In this document: one piece after another, positions 12,785-23,723 of the stretch
Numbering within the stretch: position 1 is the first letter of the stretch
How the letters are laid out: each line of letters begins with the position of its first letter
DNA from: Cladosporium halotolerans
Taxonomy: Eukaryota
Length of the DNA stretch: 64,000 nt
NCBI RefSeq assembly: GCF_011745625.1
Contig: NW_027191458.1
Location: 124,001-188,000, forward strand
Reading direction: 5' to 3'
The notes under the pieces: model-generated
Database searches by the model: none
Told to the model about the DNA's origin: nothing
The model's input: only the letters and a program-made list of their open reading frames with translations
Program-made: the position numbers and the translations under genes

Positions 12785-13420
12785 ATGTCGTCAAACCAAC
12801 AAACCACATTCGGCGCCTCCATCGTCCCGCAGCAACAGGACGAGAAGGCCGCCATGCTCCCTCCTCCGGGCTTCGAATCTCCCTCGCTCTCACCCGCCAT
12901 CTCACGAGCCTCTGACACCTTCGACGAAAACAAGCCGCTCCCTCCTCACTCCCCGTTCTACCAGCACCCGCCCGCCTCGCACGAAGCCGTGCCGACCATC
13001 CACCAAACCCCCAAGAAAGCCGCCCACCCCAACTCCGAGAAAGACCTCGAATACGGCAACGTCACGCCCTACTCCGGCATCACCGCCGACGACGAGAACC
13101 CCTTCAGCAAGCAGTACGCCGTCGGAGCGGGCAACCAAGAATGCACCATGTGGCCGACGCAGCAGACGCTGAAGCAGAACCGACTCGCGGACAAGCGTCA
13201 GCGTCGCCAGAAGCGCACCTGCGGCTGCGGCCGTGTGAAGGATCACTGGGCGGCCTTGAGCAAGAAGCAGCGCATGCTCATGCGCATCCTCGTTGCGCTC
13301 GTCGTCTGCGGTGCCATCGTCGGCGTCGCTGTCGGCATCACTCGCTCCGTCAACGGCGGCGTGTGGTCTGGTAAGGGCAGCTCACACGAGTTTGATCAGG
13401 GCAGGGGCAACGCTGCTTAA
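12785..13420 (+). CDS. Hypothetical protein with a single C-terminal transmembrane helix (211 aa)
   Basis: CGCCATG start context, C-biased codons, and a basic stretch followed by ILVALVVCGAIVGVAVGIT. Confidence 0.75.
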   Translation: MSSNQQTTFGASIVPQQQDEKAAMLPPPGFESPSLSPAISRASDTFDENKPLPPHSPFYQHPPASHEAVPTIHQTPKKAAHPNSEKDLEYGNVTPYSGITADDENPFSKQYAVGAGNQECTMWPTQQTLKQNRLADKRQRRQKRTCGCGRVKDHWAALSKKQRMLMRILVALVVCGAIVGVAVGITRSVNGGVWSGKGSSHEFDQGRGNAA

Positions 13421-14297
13421 GAGACGCCACCACAACGACACTGCTCTTCTGCAGTCATCCACCACCACGCGTCTGCGTCGGCTTCCTTCTTTAAGCCCCG
13501 CAAACCATTCAAGTCGTGCTTCCACAAGGTCCCGCACACGCTCCGACCTCGCGCCCGACCAAACGTCCAACCATGCACATAACACACATCAGCATCACAA
13601 CCGGCGTTTTTTGCACAACTGAGGAATGTTTTGCTTTTACAAAGGCCACGGCACCAGCACAGCACGGGCCGCCAGGAGTTACATCATCATCATTATCATT
13701 ATCAAGAAAGCTCATCCAAACCGCACATCTGCACAGAAACCACAAGACTCTGCACATGCACACTGGGACGGAAACGGAGCCACACGGCGTTGCGACTGTT
13801 TTTCTCTTTGGGGGAAATCGAGGAAAGACGGGCGTTTGGGCCCGCGTGCTTTTACTTCTGCGATTCTTGCTTCTTTTCCTCATTCGAGTGGGACCGGGCC
13901 AGAAACGAACATTGGTCCGCTCTTCCTACTCGACACTTCGGCGCAGGAATGGGAAAGGAGTTGAGAGACAGGTGAAAGGCAATGTATGTAGATTCATCTG
14001 CCCCGTGTATAGCGCCGCCCCTCCGGATTCGCTTCGAAAGTGAAAAGGCTGCGGAGGGGGGAAGTGAATACGAAATGCTCTTTTTCTTGCACATAAATCA
14101 CGTGTCTCATCTTACGGGACTCTCAGAATTTTGGTAAACGCAGAAATACTGCGAATCTTCCGTGTGAAAGAGTGCGAATCGCGTTTCATCCGCCTCCCCA
14201 ACGATGCATGCATGCATTCTTCACCCTCGCCTTTCACACTCCTTGCCCACCCTCCAACTCCACACCGTCCCCTTCGCCTCTCCTCCCACGACCAAAA

Positions 14298-17228
14298 CTA
14301 CATAACACAGCACCCAACCCCATACATCGCCCCCTCCACATCGCCCCTGACCAAATACCAATCGGCCCTCCTCTCCGCAAACTCACAGACCTCCTCGGCG
14401 GGGAAAATGCCCCGGAACCGCTGCCCGTCGGCGATGATCGTCGCGAGCTCCTTGGCCTGCAAACTCGTGCTGCTCGCCTTCGTCGACAACAAACTCGCGC
14501 GCTTGGCCTTGCCTCCCTTGCCGCCGCCGAAGTACGTCCCCGGCGGGTCGATGGCGACGAGGTAGATGGCGCCGAGCTCGCGGAGGGCGGCGTAGTACGG
14601 GAGGAGGGGTTTCTGGCGCAGGGAGGAGACGAAGGAGGCGTAGGCGTTGAGGTCGGAGATGAGCGTCACGGCGCCGGCGGAGGAAATGCGCTGGCGCTTG
14701 ATGTGTTTGCACAGCAGGGTGAAGAGGCGGAGGCCGACTTCCTGGGTGAAGATGTCGAGGGTGGTTTTGTCGGTGCTGCCGGAGAGCATGCTTGTGTGGC
14801 TGCTGACGGTGGAGATGATGGCGGTGGCTGTTGATGTGGGGCCGATGTCGACGGCGGCGCCGGGGGCGGTGGCGGGCGGGTTGAAGTCCGTGGGCAGCTG
14901 GGTGGTCGCGGCGATGTATTCGACTTCGTGCATGAGGACGTCGATGCCTTTGTTGAGGCCGGCGGCGACGCGCTCGTCGAGCATTTGCTCGAAGCGTTTC
15001 TTTTCTTTGCCCGCGGGGTTGAGGAAGTCGTCGCGGTCGGAGAGGCGCGGGGCGACCAGCTCCTGCGAGTAGAAGACGTCGATCATCTGCTGGATGAGGT
15101 CGCCGACGTTGACGAGCTCGAGGAAGGTGACGAGGGGCTCGACGCCGCCGGCCGCTGAAGGGTCCTGCGACGACGGGGCCTGCGAGGATTTGTACTCGCG
15201 GACTTCGCGCGGGTTGTAGTTGCCTAGGTGCTCGACGGCCTTGTCGAAGCCGGGCCGGATGTGCTTGCCGCCGAGGATGTCGAGGAGCTCGACGAAGATG
15301 GTTTCGCACTGTTCGCGGGCGGCGGGGCCGTGTTTGCCTTCGGATTTGGTCAGGATTGCTGCGCGCTCGATGGAGGCTTTGGCGTGGTGGGTGAGATTGA
15401 GGGCGACTTCGATGCTGAAGAGGGATTTGATGCCTTCGAGTCGGTTGTTCATGATGGCTGCTTTGGCTGCTAGTTCTGTTGTGGGTGGTTCGGGCTGGGG
15501 GGTGGAGCTTCGGTTGCTGTCACCCAGGCTTGGGGTCATTGGTCTTGATGTTGAGCCAGTAGCTGGGTTAGGTTGTGTTGGGGCCTGTTTAGAAGACCCA
15601 AAGGGCGATGAAAGGGGAAATGCGGTGACGGGCATCATGACCACCTTTTTGAAGGATGAGAGAAAATCACGCTTTGCAGCTTGACGTTGGATGTTGGACA
15701 TGAAGAAGGATTCGGCGTTGGCTTCCTGCTCGGACAATTCTTTCTCCCATCTCTCAACTTCGGCGTTCGATCGCGTCTTAAAGAAGGCAAGCTCTTCGGC
15801 AAGGTAGAGGTCGATATGCTTGTCGAAGCACAAAATCACCGTTTGTCGAGCCTGCTCGACAAAGTCCGGCGGTGAGGACTTGCAAGGTTTGATAGAAGCA
15901 ACAAACCGCAGAGACTGCTCAAATACTCCAGAGACTGCTTTGACGTAAGTTTCGATGCCTCGGCTGTGAGCTTCGTCAAACAAAGCTGTCACGGAGTCTG
16001 AGATGAGATCGTCACACAACCGTGAGAGGAGTGGCATGAGCACGTCTACTGATGGCGGGAAAACGCGGTCTATGACGGATGCTTGGTCGACCATGTGCTC
16101 TGATAACCGCTCAAAGAATGATTGTGATGGGTTGAGGTCGACGTGGCCAGGCGCAACCGATTCTAAGCAGTCGAGCAGATTTCCAAGTCGTCTTGACCTG
16201 TTCACAACCGGATCGTTGTTGAGGTATGCATCTATGCCCACTGCGCCCCCGTTTGCTGTGACCAGAACATGTGCGTAGCGCTTCATGCGACCGTCAATGT
16301 CATTCGCTGCCAGCCCTTGCTGAAATTCTCGCAGCACTGCATTCTCGAACGCGACGATTGTGGATTCCAGCTTGGCCTCTCTGCTGGCCCATCCCTCACT
16401 GTGATCACATTTTGAAAATCGGTTGAGCTGGGAAAGTATTTGTGCTTGCTGTTCGGGGTCTCGGTATGTTCGAAATATCAGGGCCTCTGATTGGTTCCTT
16501 GATCTGACCAGATTGTTGTATAATGGCCCCAAAGCACCATAGACTTTTCCAAACTCTTGCCTCGCCCGTCCTCGGATGGATCGTACTTGGGAAAGTATCG
16601 TCAAAGCTGCTGTAGTGTCCAATGGGGGAAGACCGCCTCCAGCCGGTGAAATGGTGAGTTCGTCAAATCCGTCCGCCAGCGGTGCTCGACGCTGTCGTTC
16701 CGGAGAGTCTGCTTGACCAATCGATATCTTGTGCTTTTCCTCTTCCAGACCAACATCAAATAACGTTGAACTTCTAGCATGCCCCCGTCCTGCACCAGAA
16801 TGGCCGTTCATGCTCTGTCCACCTGCCCTTCTGGCCTCTTCCACCTCTCTTGACCTTTGTGCCTCTGCCTTCTTCTTCATGTTCTCATCAAATCGTTGCC
16901 GCGCTTCTCCATCGTTCCATACGCCCATTGCCTTCAATTTTTGGATCCATCTCGTGTCATCGTACACCATCTCCTGCAGCCTCCGGCTTACGCGTGCACA
17001 TCGTGCTAGATCAGAAACCGGCAGGTAGTCCAGTATAGTTGCAATGAGCTCTGCCGGAAGCACCGGCTTGGATGCCACAATCTGAGTAGCTCTCAATGAG
17101 GCAAGCACATTGTCGTCGCTGCGAAGGCCGGTCATCTGTGCTTTACGCAGGTTGGCCAGATTCCGAGCTGTTCCTGATGGAGTGGACGACCGGCCGCCAG
17201 GGCCAGTCGCACTTGAGGGTCTTGACAT
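14298..17228 (-). CDS. RCY1: F-box/Sec10-like recycling protein Rcy1 (recyclin-1), 976 aa, intronless
   Basis: F-box (LPAELIATILDYLPVSDLARCARVSRRL), AAKRDFLSSFKKVVMMP, FLELVNVGDLIQQMIDVFY, and C-terminal CaaX (CCVM) as in Rcy1. Confidence 0.9.
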   Translation of the reverse strand: MSRPSSATGPGGRSSTPSGTARNLANLRKAQMTGLRSDDNVLASLRATQIVASKPVLPAELIATILDYLPVSDLARCARVSRRLQEMVYDDTRWIQKLKAMGVWNDGEARQRFDENMKKKAEAQRSREVEEARRAGGQSMNGHSGAGRGHARSSTLFDVGLEEEKHKISIGQADSPERQRRAPLADGFDELTISPAGGGLPPLDTTAALTILSQVRSIRGRARQEFGKVYGALGPLYNNLVRSRNQSEALIFRTYRDPEQQAQILSQLNRFSKCDHSEGWASREAKLESTIVAFENAVLREFQQGLAANDIDGRMKRYAHVLVTANGGAVGIDAYLNNDPVVNRSRRLGNLLDCLESVAPGHVDLNPSQSFFERLSEHMVDQASVIDRVFPPSVDVLMPLLSRLCDDLISDSVTALFDEAHSRGIETYVKAVSGVFEQSLRFVASIKPCKSSPPDFVEQARQTVILCFDKHIDLYLAEELAFFKTRSNAEVERWEKELSEQEANAESFFMSNIQRQAAKRDFLSSFKKVVMMPVTAFPLSSPFGSSKQAPTQPNPATGSTSRPMTPSLGDSNRSSTPQPEPPTTELAAKAAIMNNRLEGIKSLFSIEVALNLTHHAKASIERAAILTKSEGKHGPAAREQCETIFVELLDILGGKHIRPGFDKAVEHLGNYNPREVREYKSSQAPSSQDPSAAGGVEPLVTFLELVNVGDLIQQMIDVFYSQELVAPRLSDRDDFLNPAGKEKKRFEQMLDERVAAGLNKGIDVLMHEVEYIAATTQLPTDFNPPATAPGAAVDIGPTSTATAIISTVSSHTSMLSGSTDKTTLDIFTQEVGLRLFTLLCKHIKRQRISSAGAVTLISDLNAYASFVSSLRQKPLLPYYAALRELGAIYLVAIDPPGTYFGGGKGGKAKRASLLSTKASSTSLQAKELATIIADGQRFRGIFPAEEVCEFAERRADWYLVRGDVEGAMYGVGCCVM

Positions 17229-17890
17229 GGAAGGCTGCTGGAGCGGGTGTCAACCAAGAGCTTCACATGTCTGATGTATGGGTGTATGGCGGTCCAGCGT
17301 ACTCCTGCAGTTAGCCGATCGGTCGGTCAATCCGCCCCCACGTGCAGAAGCGCCGATCTCACGCTGGTATGGGCAGACGTCACCTCCACCTCCCGCGATG
17401 GCAGCTTGGGCCCTGCGCAACGGCAGCCCGATTTTAGGGCCCAAGGCCAGTAACGGCCAACCCCCTTCTGTACTGACGCCGAGCTCGCAAACTCTCGCGC
17501 GCACGCGATCTTGTCACTTACAACCCTGAACCTAGTATTTGCTGCCCAAGGCTCGCCATCACTATCACTCTCTGTCCTACCACGACTTGGAGCGCAGACT
17601 CGCTACTGTGTCGCCAACTAGACTATGCCCACCTGACGCCAGCCCCTCGGCTGCCCTCTGCCAGGTGAGACCCCGGCAAGCCACCCTCTCATCGCCTGAG
17701 CAGCAGGTTTCTCATATTGCTCGCGCCCGTCCTGGGCCTGTAAGTATACTGTCATTCTCTTTCGCCGCACACCGCACTTCTACCTACACACACCCGGCGA
17801 CCCGGTATCCTACCCTGCATCACCATCACAACCCAGCAAAACCCCACACCACACGCCCCCAGCGCGCCACGCGCCGAACAATCGCGCACC

Positions 17891-18526
17891 ATGTGCCTCA
17901 TGAGCGTGAAGGAAGAAGAAGCCCCAATACCCGCGCGCGTCACTCGCGTCCGCCGCGTCGTCCGACGCTCGCCCTCGCCTCCACCTCGCCGCGAAGTACG
18001 CATAACGCGGCAGTCGATCATCGAAGAGCGCAAACCCTCTCCACCAGCACCAGCACCTCTCCCTCCACCACCACCACCTCCGCCCCAGCCATCGCCCCCG
18101 CGCTCCAGCACAACAATCCACACCGAAACGCGCCGCACCTCTCGCCCGCCCTCAAGCGCCGCCCCCAGCCGCACAACGCACACGAACTTCGTCGAAGTCG
18201 ACCACGACTCCAGCAGCTCCTCTTCGGAGTCCGACGCGCGCTCGCGCACCACGCGCAAGTCGTCGCGCTCGAAAGCCAAGTCCGAGGCGGCCCCTTCGGC
18301 GTCCGAGTACAGCATGCACGAGCGCGAGTACAGGCGCGAGAGGGGCTTCTCCAGCCCGCGGCGGCCGGAGTACGAGACGTACCGGTACGTGGAGGCGCCG
18401 GTGCGCCGCAGTGGAAGCAAGGGCGGGTACTATGAGGGGCCGAGGGCGAGTAGGGACAGTTATCGGAGGGAGAGGATGGTGGTTGAGGATGATTATGGGC
18501 GCAGGAGGAGGGAGTATCAGCGATGA
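17891..18526 (+). CDS. Hypothetical Pro/Arg/Ser-rich low-complexity protein (211 aa)
   Basis: CACCATG start context and a clean ORF with coding-like codon use. No domain recognised. Confidence 0.7.
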   Translation: MCLMSVKEEEAPIPARVTRVRRVVRRSPSPPPRREVRITRQSIIEERKPSPPAPAPLPPPPPPPPQPSPPRSSTTIHTETRRTSRPPSSAAPSRTTHTNFVEVDHDSSSSSSESDARSRTTRKSSRSKAKSEAAPSASEYSMHEREYRRERGFSSPRRPEYETYRYVEAPVRRSGSKGGYYEGPRASRDSYRRERMVVEDDYGRRRREYQR

Positions 18527-19305
18527 CATGGGGGGTTGTGATATGGTTTTGTCTGCCGCGTCGTTGGTGACTGTTAATGTTTATTCATGCTTGCGGTGAT
18601 CTTGAGGGCGCATTGCTGCGATTTGTTGCGGGATCTATGTTTGGCCTAATGTACAGCTCACGATGTTCTGACATGATAGACACGGTTTCTGGCTATTTCT
18701 GCAAAGCGTGCGCGTTTAGCATGCCTGGGCGACGGTCTGCATATATTGTTGTTTAGGTTGCGGCATTGCTGTCTAGCCTCGAATGCATTCCATCACAATT
18801 AGCACTTCTCAATAGTCTGAGGTTTATCGCATTTATATTCCAACGAGACCGGATGTATCTCCACAAGCGTGAATGCTAGCCATAATCTATCTGTTAGCGT
18901 CATACGATACTCGATCAATTGATTCAACGAGACTTTAACGTGACCACTGTCCTCTAGACATTTTATAAAAACAGCTCTCACAGCCGCGTCGAAGTAGTTA
19001 TAATTCACTGATGGAGTGGTCGTGGTGGGTGTGAGATTCACAGATGGCTGCCGATCATTGCCCGTCTGGTCCGCGCTTTCTTGCTTTCACCTACTCGCCC
19101 TCCACAACGCCAACACTTACACCTTCCATATTCACCTCGCATTCACGTGTCCCACGAACTTTTCTCTCTTTTCTAAATAGACGACTCAAGATCATTCATA
19201 CAAACACAAAACAATCACGACCGTTAGAACGCAACCGCGCAACCGCACTCATCCATCCTCGGCTGCTCACGGCAGCATGATCGTCATCTCAATCGCCAAC
19301 TGATC

Positions 19306-22300
19306 ATGAGAGTCTTATTGAGGGCCCACCCTCAGCGCAGCATCGCGCTCGCGACCGAAACTCACGTGCTCATATTCAAACACAACTCGACGACCACCGG
19401 GTCCGCCAACAACTCCACCACATCACTCGCCGATAATGGCGCGCCACGCTGCGTCGTCGAGTTTCGTCCATGGGAGCAGGCGGACATGGAGGACTACCGC
19501 ACTCTTAGCTCTCTGAAGGTGTACGGCACGCTCGGACTCATCACTATAGGACGCGATGTCTTCCTGTGCGTCGTTAGTAACGCCAGAACGGTGGCGACCG
19601 TGCGCCCGGGTGAGGATGTCCAGCAGATCCTTTCCGTGGAATTTCACTGTCTGAACAGAGGCGACTACGATCACTTACTCGGAGACTCGATCAATCCTTT
19701 TCCAGATGAAACTATTGAAGCCGACAACTGGGATTACCAGGGCCAGTCACAGCGCGAGTCTATGCTCGAGCATCCGTGTATGGCTCTCAAGAAGATGCTC
19801 GGGGGCGGCAGCTTTTACTTCAGTTCCGACTTCGACCTCACCAAGCGAGTTCAAGACAGGTCAGCCGATTCTACTACCGTTGCTGTAGAGAGTCTGGATG
19901 CCGGCTTCCTCTGGAATACATTTATGATCCAGCCGCTTGTCGACTTCAGATCTCGTCTTGCCGACCACGAGCGCGATGCACTAGATCACTCCGGTATTCT
20001 GACTTCGGCTATCCGCGGATTTGCCAAAACCGTGACGGTGCCCGCTTCTTCGTCCCCAGCGAGGTACTCAAGAACCGGCCAGCCTTCCAACATGACGCTC
20101 ATTTCAAGACTCTCCTGCCGAAGAGCGGGCACTCGCTTCAACGCAAGAGGCATCGACGATGATGGCAATGTCGCAAACTTCGTTGAAACCGAGACGATCT
20201 TTTCCACAGACGCACTGTGCTTCTCGTACGTGCAATGCCGCGGAAGCGTGCCGTTATTCTGGGAGCAAGCGAATGGTATGCCCCATCAGCAGAAAGTCAC
20301 TGTCAGCAGATCGGTGGAAGCAACACAGCCAGCTTTTGATAAACACTTTGAAAGTCTGCAGCGGGCGTATGGCGACATCCTCGTTGTGAATCTGCTGAGC
20401 GAGGAAAAGATGGCCGAGGCCAATCTTACGCGCCAGTACGAAAGCCACATCAGGCAATTCTCGAAGCAGCGCGGCTCAGAGAATGACGAGTCAGAGCACC
20501 AACACGTTCAAATGGTGAATTACGACTACCACGCCGAGGTCAGAGGTGTCGGACTCGATGCAGCGAGAGGCATCAAGCGATGGCTGGCAAGCCCCGCCGT
20601 GTCGTTCGAATACTTCTTGTCTGAGGAAGCACAAGCGACACCACGCATTGGACCCGGCGGGCGTCAGTCGGTTTTGAGGGGGCAGAACGATGTCCTTAAG
20701 CAGGCAGGTATCTTCCGCACAAACTGTCTCGATTGCCTAGACCGGACCAATCACATCCAGCACCTCATCTCACACATGGCAATGGAGATCTTCCTTAAGC
20801 AGCAAGATGAGCCATCGCCAACGTCGGATTTCTGGGCCCGTCACAATACCTTATGGGCTGATAATGGCGATGGTCTCTCGATGATTTACACCGGTACTGG
20901 TGCTTTGAAGTCATCTCACACACGCCACGGCAAGTCGGGTTTTGGGTCAATCTTCTCGGATATGAGGAAGAGCGCGGAGAGAGTCATCCAGAACAACTTC
21001 GTCGACCCTAATCGCCAGAAGATCATCGATTTGCTGCTGGGCAGGCTCATGGGTCAAATACCGGTTCACCTGTACGACCCGATCAACGACTACGTGACCG
21101 CCGAGCTTGGCCGTAGAGCATCCGAGTACACCTCCTCGAAGACAATTAACATCTGGGTCGGTACTTTCAATCTTAACGGCAAAACGGTGGGGATGTCAGA
21201 AGACCTGAGCCCTTGGCTCTGTCCAAACGTCGAAAGCGCGTTGCAAATGCCGGAAATCATGGCTGTAGCCTTCCAGGAGATTGTTGAGCTTAGTCCTCAG
21301 CAGATCCTGCAGACAGATCCTCATAGGCGTCAGCAATGGGAGGAAGTCGTTCGCGTTACGCTCAACAAGAAGGCAGCAGCGCTAGGAAGCGAAGACTACA
21401 TTATGCTTAGGGGTGGTCAGCTCGTCGGTGCCTCTTTGTCTATCTTCGTCAAAGTCACTGTTCTTCCGTACATCAAGAACGTGGAGGGAGCTGTGAAAAA
21501 GACCGGTATGAGTGGAATGGCTGGAAACAAGGGGGCGGTCGCCATTCGCATGGACTACGCCGACACTTCGATCTGCCTAGTCACTGCCCATCTCGCTGCA
21601 GGCTTTGCAAACTACGAAGAGCGCAACCAGGACTACCGGACCATCGCAAATGGTCTCAGATTCCAGCGTAACAGATCAATCGAGGATCACAAATCGGTCA
21701 TTTGGTTCGGTGACTTCAACTACCGTATTGGAATGGCTAATGAACGTGCTCGGCAACTGGTCGAGGCGTGCGAGCTTGGAAAGCTGTACGAGAACGATCA
21801 GCTCAATTTGCAGATGGTTCATGGAAGGGCGTTCCCTCACTACTCAGAGACGACGCCTACATTCTTGCCGACCTACAAATTCAATCCAGGGACCGATGTC
21901 TACGACACTTCAGAGAAGGCTCGCACCCCTGCCTGGTGTGATCGCATTCTAACAAAAGGCGACAACCTCCGCCAATTGCATTACGACTCAGCCCCTCTGA
22001 AGTTCTCCGATCACCGGCCAGTTTGGGGTCTCTTCAACTGTCAGATCAACGTGATCGATCAAGCGACCAAAGACCGTATCAACGAGGAACTTTACGCCAA
22101 GAGGCGTGCAACAGTCGAAGCCCACCCTGCTTCGACCAGAGATTTCGAAACAGACGAAGAGTCTTTGCTTGGCTACGAGTCCATCGAGCCCGGCCTTCCG
22201 CCCGCCAGCTCCGACAAGCGCAAGTGGTGGCTCGACAACGGTATGCCCGCCCGCTCAGCTGCCAAGCTCCCTCCGAAGACCAACGGCACTCAGCCCCAGC

Positions 22301-22899
22301 GCGGCAACCCATTCACTCCAGCCACAGACTCCGACTGGGTCGAAGTCGAAAAGCCGTGGCCAACGACCGTCACTCCGCCGTCCGCCACTCCGCCCGCCCT
22401 CCCCGTTCGCTCGCGTACTCTCCCCGCGCACGAGAATCCTCAATCGCGCCTCCGTAAGACCGCCCCGGCCCCAGGGCCAGCGCTCTTCGATCCGGACGCC
22501 AACGCCCCCTCCGCCGTTCCCCTCGAACCCTCCAAACCCATGCCGCAATCCCACATCCTCAAGCAAACCCTCCGCAAGCCCGCCCCGCCCAAACCCGCCC
22601 CGAAACCCAGCACGCTGCGCGCCCACAGCAACTCGCAGCCGACCCCCGCGCCCCCGCCCCCGAGGCGCTCGCAGAACGCGTCTCCCGCACCGTCTGCTAA
22701 CAGCACTACCGGCGCGAAGGCGACGCCTCCACCTCTTCCGCCGACGCGTAGGAGCGGGCGCGCGGAGACGGGGCCGGAGACAGGGATTGAGGGTGGTCCG
22801 CCGATTTTGCCGCCGAGGAGAGCGAATACGAACTCGGGGTTGTTGGATGGAGGGATTGGAGAGGAGGTTGGGGGTTGGAAGGCTTTGAGGCCGTCTTGA
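19306..22899 (+). CDS. Synaptojanin-like polyphosphoinositide phosphatase (Sac1 + inositol 5-phosphatase + Pro-rich tail; Inp52/Inp53-type)
   Basis: Sac domain motifs RAGTRFNARGIDDDGNVANFVETE and RTNCLDCLDRTN. 5-phosphatase motifs GNKGAV, WFGDFNYRI and PAWCDRIL...SDHRPV. Confidence 0.95.
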   Translation: MRVLLRAHPQRSIALATETHVLIFKHNSTTTGSANNSTTSLADNGAPRCVVEFRPWEQADMEDYRTLSSLKVYGTLGLITIGRDVFLCVVSNARTVATVRPGEDVQQILSVEFHCLNRGDYDHLLGDSINPFPDETIEADNWDYQGQSQRESMLEHPCMALKKMLGGGSFYFSSDFDLTKRVQDRSADSTTVAVESLDAGFLWNTFMIQPLVDFRSRLADHERDALDHSGILTSAIRGFAKTVTVPASSSPARYSRTGQPSNMTLISRLSCRRAGTRFNARGIDDDGNVANFVETETIFSTDALCFSYVQCRGSVPLFWEQANGMPHQQKVTVSRSVEATQPAFDKHFESLQRAYGDILVVNLLSEEKMAEANLTRQYESHIRQFSKQRGSENDESEHQHVQMVNYDYHAEVRGVGLDAARGIKRWLASPAVSFEYFLSEEAQATPRIGPGGRQSVLRGQNDVLKQAGIFRTNCLDCLDRTNHIQHLISHMAMEIFLKQQDEPSPTSDFWARHNTLWADNGDGLSMIYTGTGALKSSHTRHGKSGFGSIFSDMRKSAERVIQNNFVDPNRQKIIDLLLGRLMGQIPVHLYDPINDYVTAELGRRASEYTSSKTINIWVGTFNLNGKTVGMSEDLSPWLCPNVESALQMPEIMAVAFQEIVELSPQQILQTDPHRRQQWEEVVRVTLNKKAAALGSEDYIMLRGGQLVGASLSIFVKVTVLPYIKNVEGAVKKTGMSGMAGNKGAVAIRMDYADTSICLVTAHLAAGFANYEERNQDYRTIANGLRFQRNRSIEDHKSVIWFGDFNYRIGMANERARQLVEACELGKLYENDQLNLQMVHGRAFPHYSETTPTFLPTYKFNPGTDVYDTSEKARTPAWCDRILTKGDNLRQLHYDSAPLKFSDHRPVWGLFNCQINVIDQATKDRINEELYAKRRATVEAHPASTRDFETDEESLLGYESIEPGLPPASSDKRKWWLDNGMPARSAAKLPPKTNGTQPQRGNPFTPATDSDWVEVEKPWPTTVTPPSATPPALPVRSRTLPAHENPQSRLRKTAPAPGPALFDPDANAPSAVPLEPSKPMPQSHILKQTLRKPAPPKPAPKPSTLRAHSNSQPTPAPPPPRRSQNASPAPSANSTTGAKATPPPLPPTRRSGRAETGPETGIEGGPPILPPRRANTNSGLLDGGIGEEVGGWKALRPS

Positions 22900-23180
22900 T
22901 GAATTGAGTTGTTGGGCTGGAGGTTGCGGTGATGTCCGGGTTCGCGCAGGATAGAGATGCGAATACTGGAGAATTGGATTACGACACTTGGTTGATTGAA
23001 GCGTTCAGTAGAAGAAGTTGTTACAAGCAGAGAGGGAGTTTCACACCCGTACAGAAACTCAATACCGTAGATGAATACTCAAATCCAAACGCCCGTCAAT
23101 GCTGTTTGTTCCCTTACAGATAACGCGTCATCCGTGAACGCCGTTCCGAATTTCTGATCGAAACGCCTTCAATGCCACTC

Positions 23181-23723
23181 CTACCGGCTCCCAAAACTCC
23201 ATTTCGACATCCGAGGACAATACGGCAGCGTCATACGACTGCCACGGAAATCCCTCCTGTGCTCAAAATCGCCAGCGAACGGTGGATAACCGCTGCCAGA
23301 CCGACGGCCAGGGAACCAGCCGCCGCGAGGCTGGTAATCGGTGCGGAAAGACTGCCAGGAGGAGCTGGAGGAGCTGGAGCTGTAAGTCGATGAACCATAG
23401 GGGGATGAGGACCTGCTGCTGTGGTGTGAAGGGCGTAAATTACCGAATGGAGCTGTGATAGGGGATTAGCGGGTTTATGATCAGGGTTGAGAGTTGGGTG
23501 TGTGGGTACGAGATCGCATGTAAAGGCCGCTACGACTGCCTTTAGCTAAAGGGTTAGCAGAAAAGTCCTTCACAACAGGATTAAAATGGTGATCTGAGTC
23601 TTCCGTGCCTTGATACATTCCGTAACCGGCACCGCCGAATGGTGGAGGGCCCCTGGAGTCCGGAGCCGGGCCACGATGGTTGTACATGCCCAGACCGGCA
23701 CCTCCGAAGGGAAAGCCTCGCAT
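23181..23723 (-). CDS. Small Gly/Ser/Arg/aromatic-rich hypothetical protein (spliced; 140 or 161 aa)
   Basis: Intron 23509..23453 (GTACCC...GCTAAT...CAG) extends the 80-aa ORF by 89 more codons to TAG at 23183..23181. A possible in-frame GC-AG intron lies at 23608..23546. The P(P)F(G/A) motif recurs across exons. Confidence 0.55.

Noticed and set aside
17660..17890. Splice-donor-like sites (GTGAGA near 17664, GTAAGT near 17740) upstream of the P/R-rich gene
   Set aside because: Probably 5' UTR introns, but there is no convincing branch point or acceptor, so I made no model.
18799..19041. 80-aa minus-strand ORF in an AT-richer patch
   Set aside because: Non-ATG start, no motif and no transposon hallmarks.
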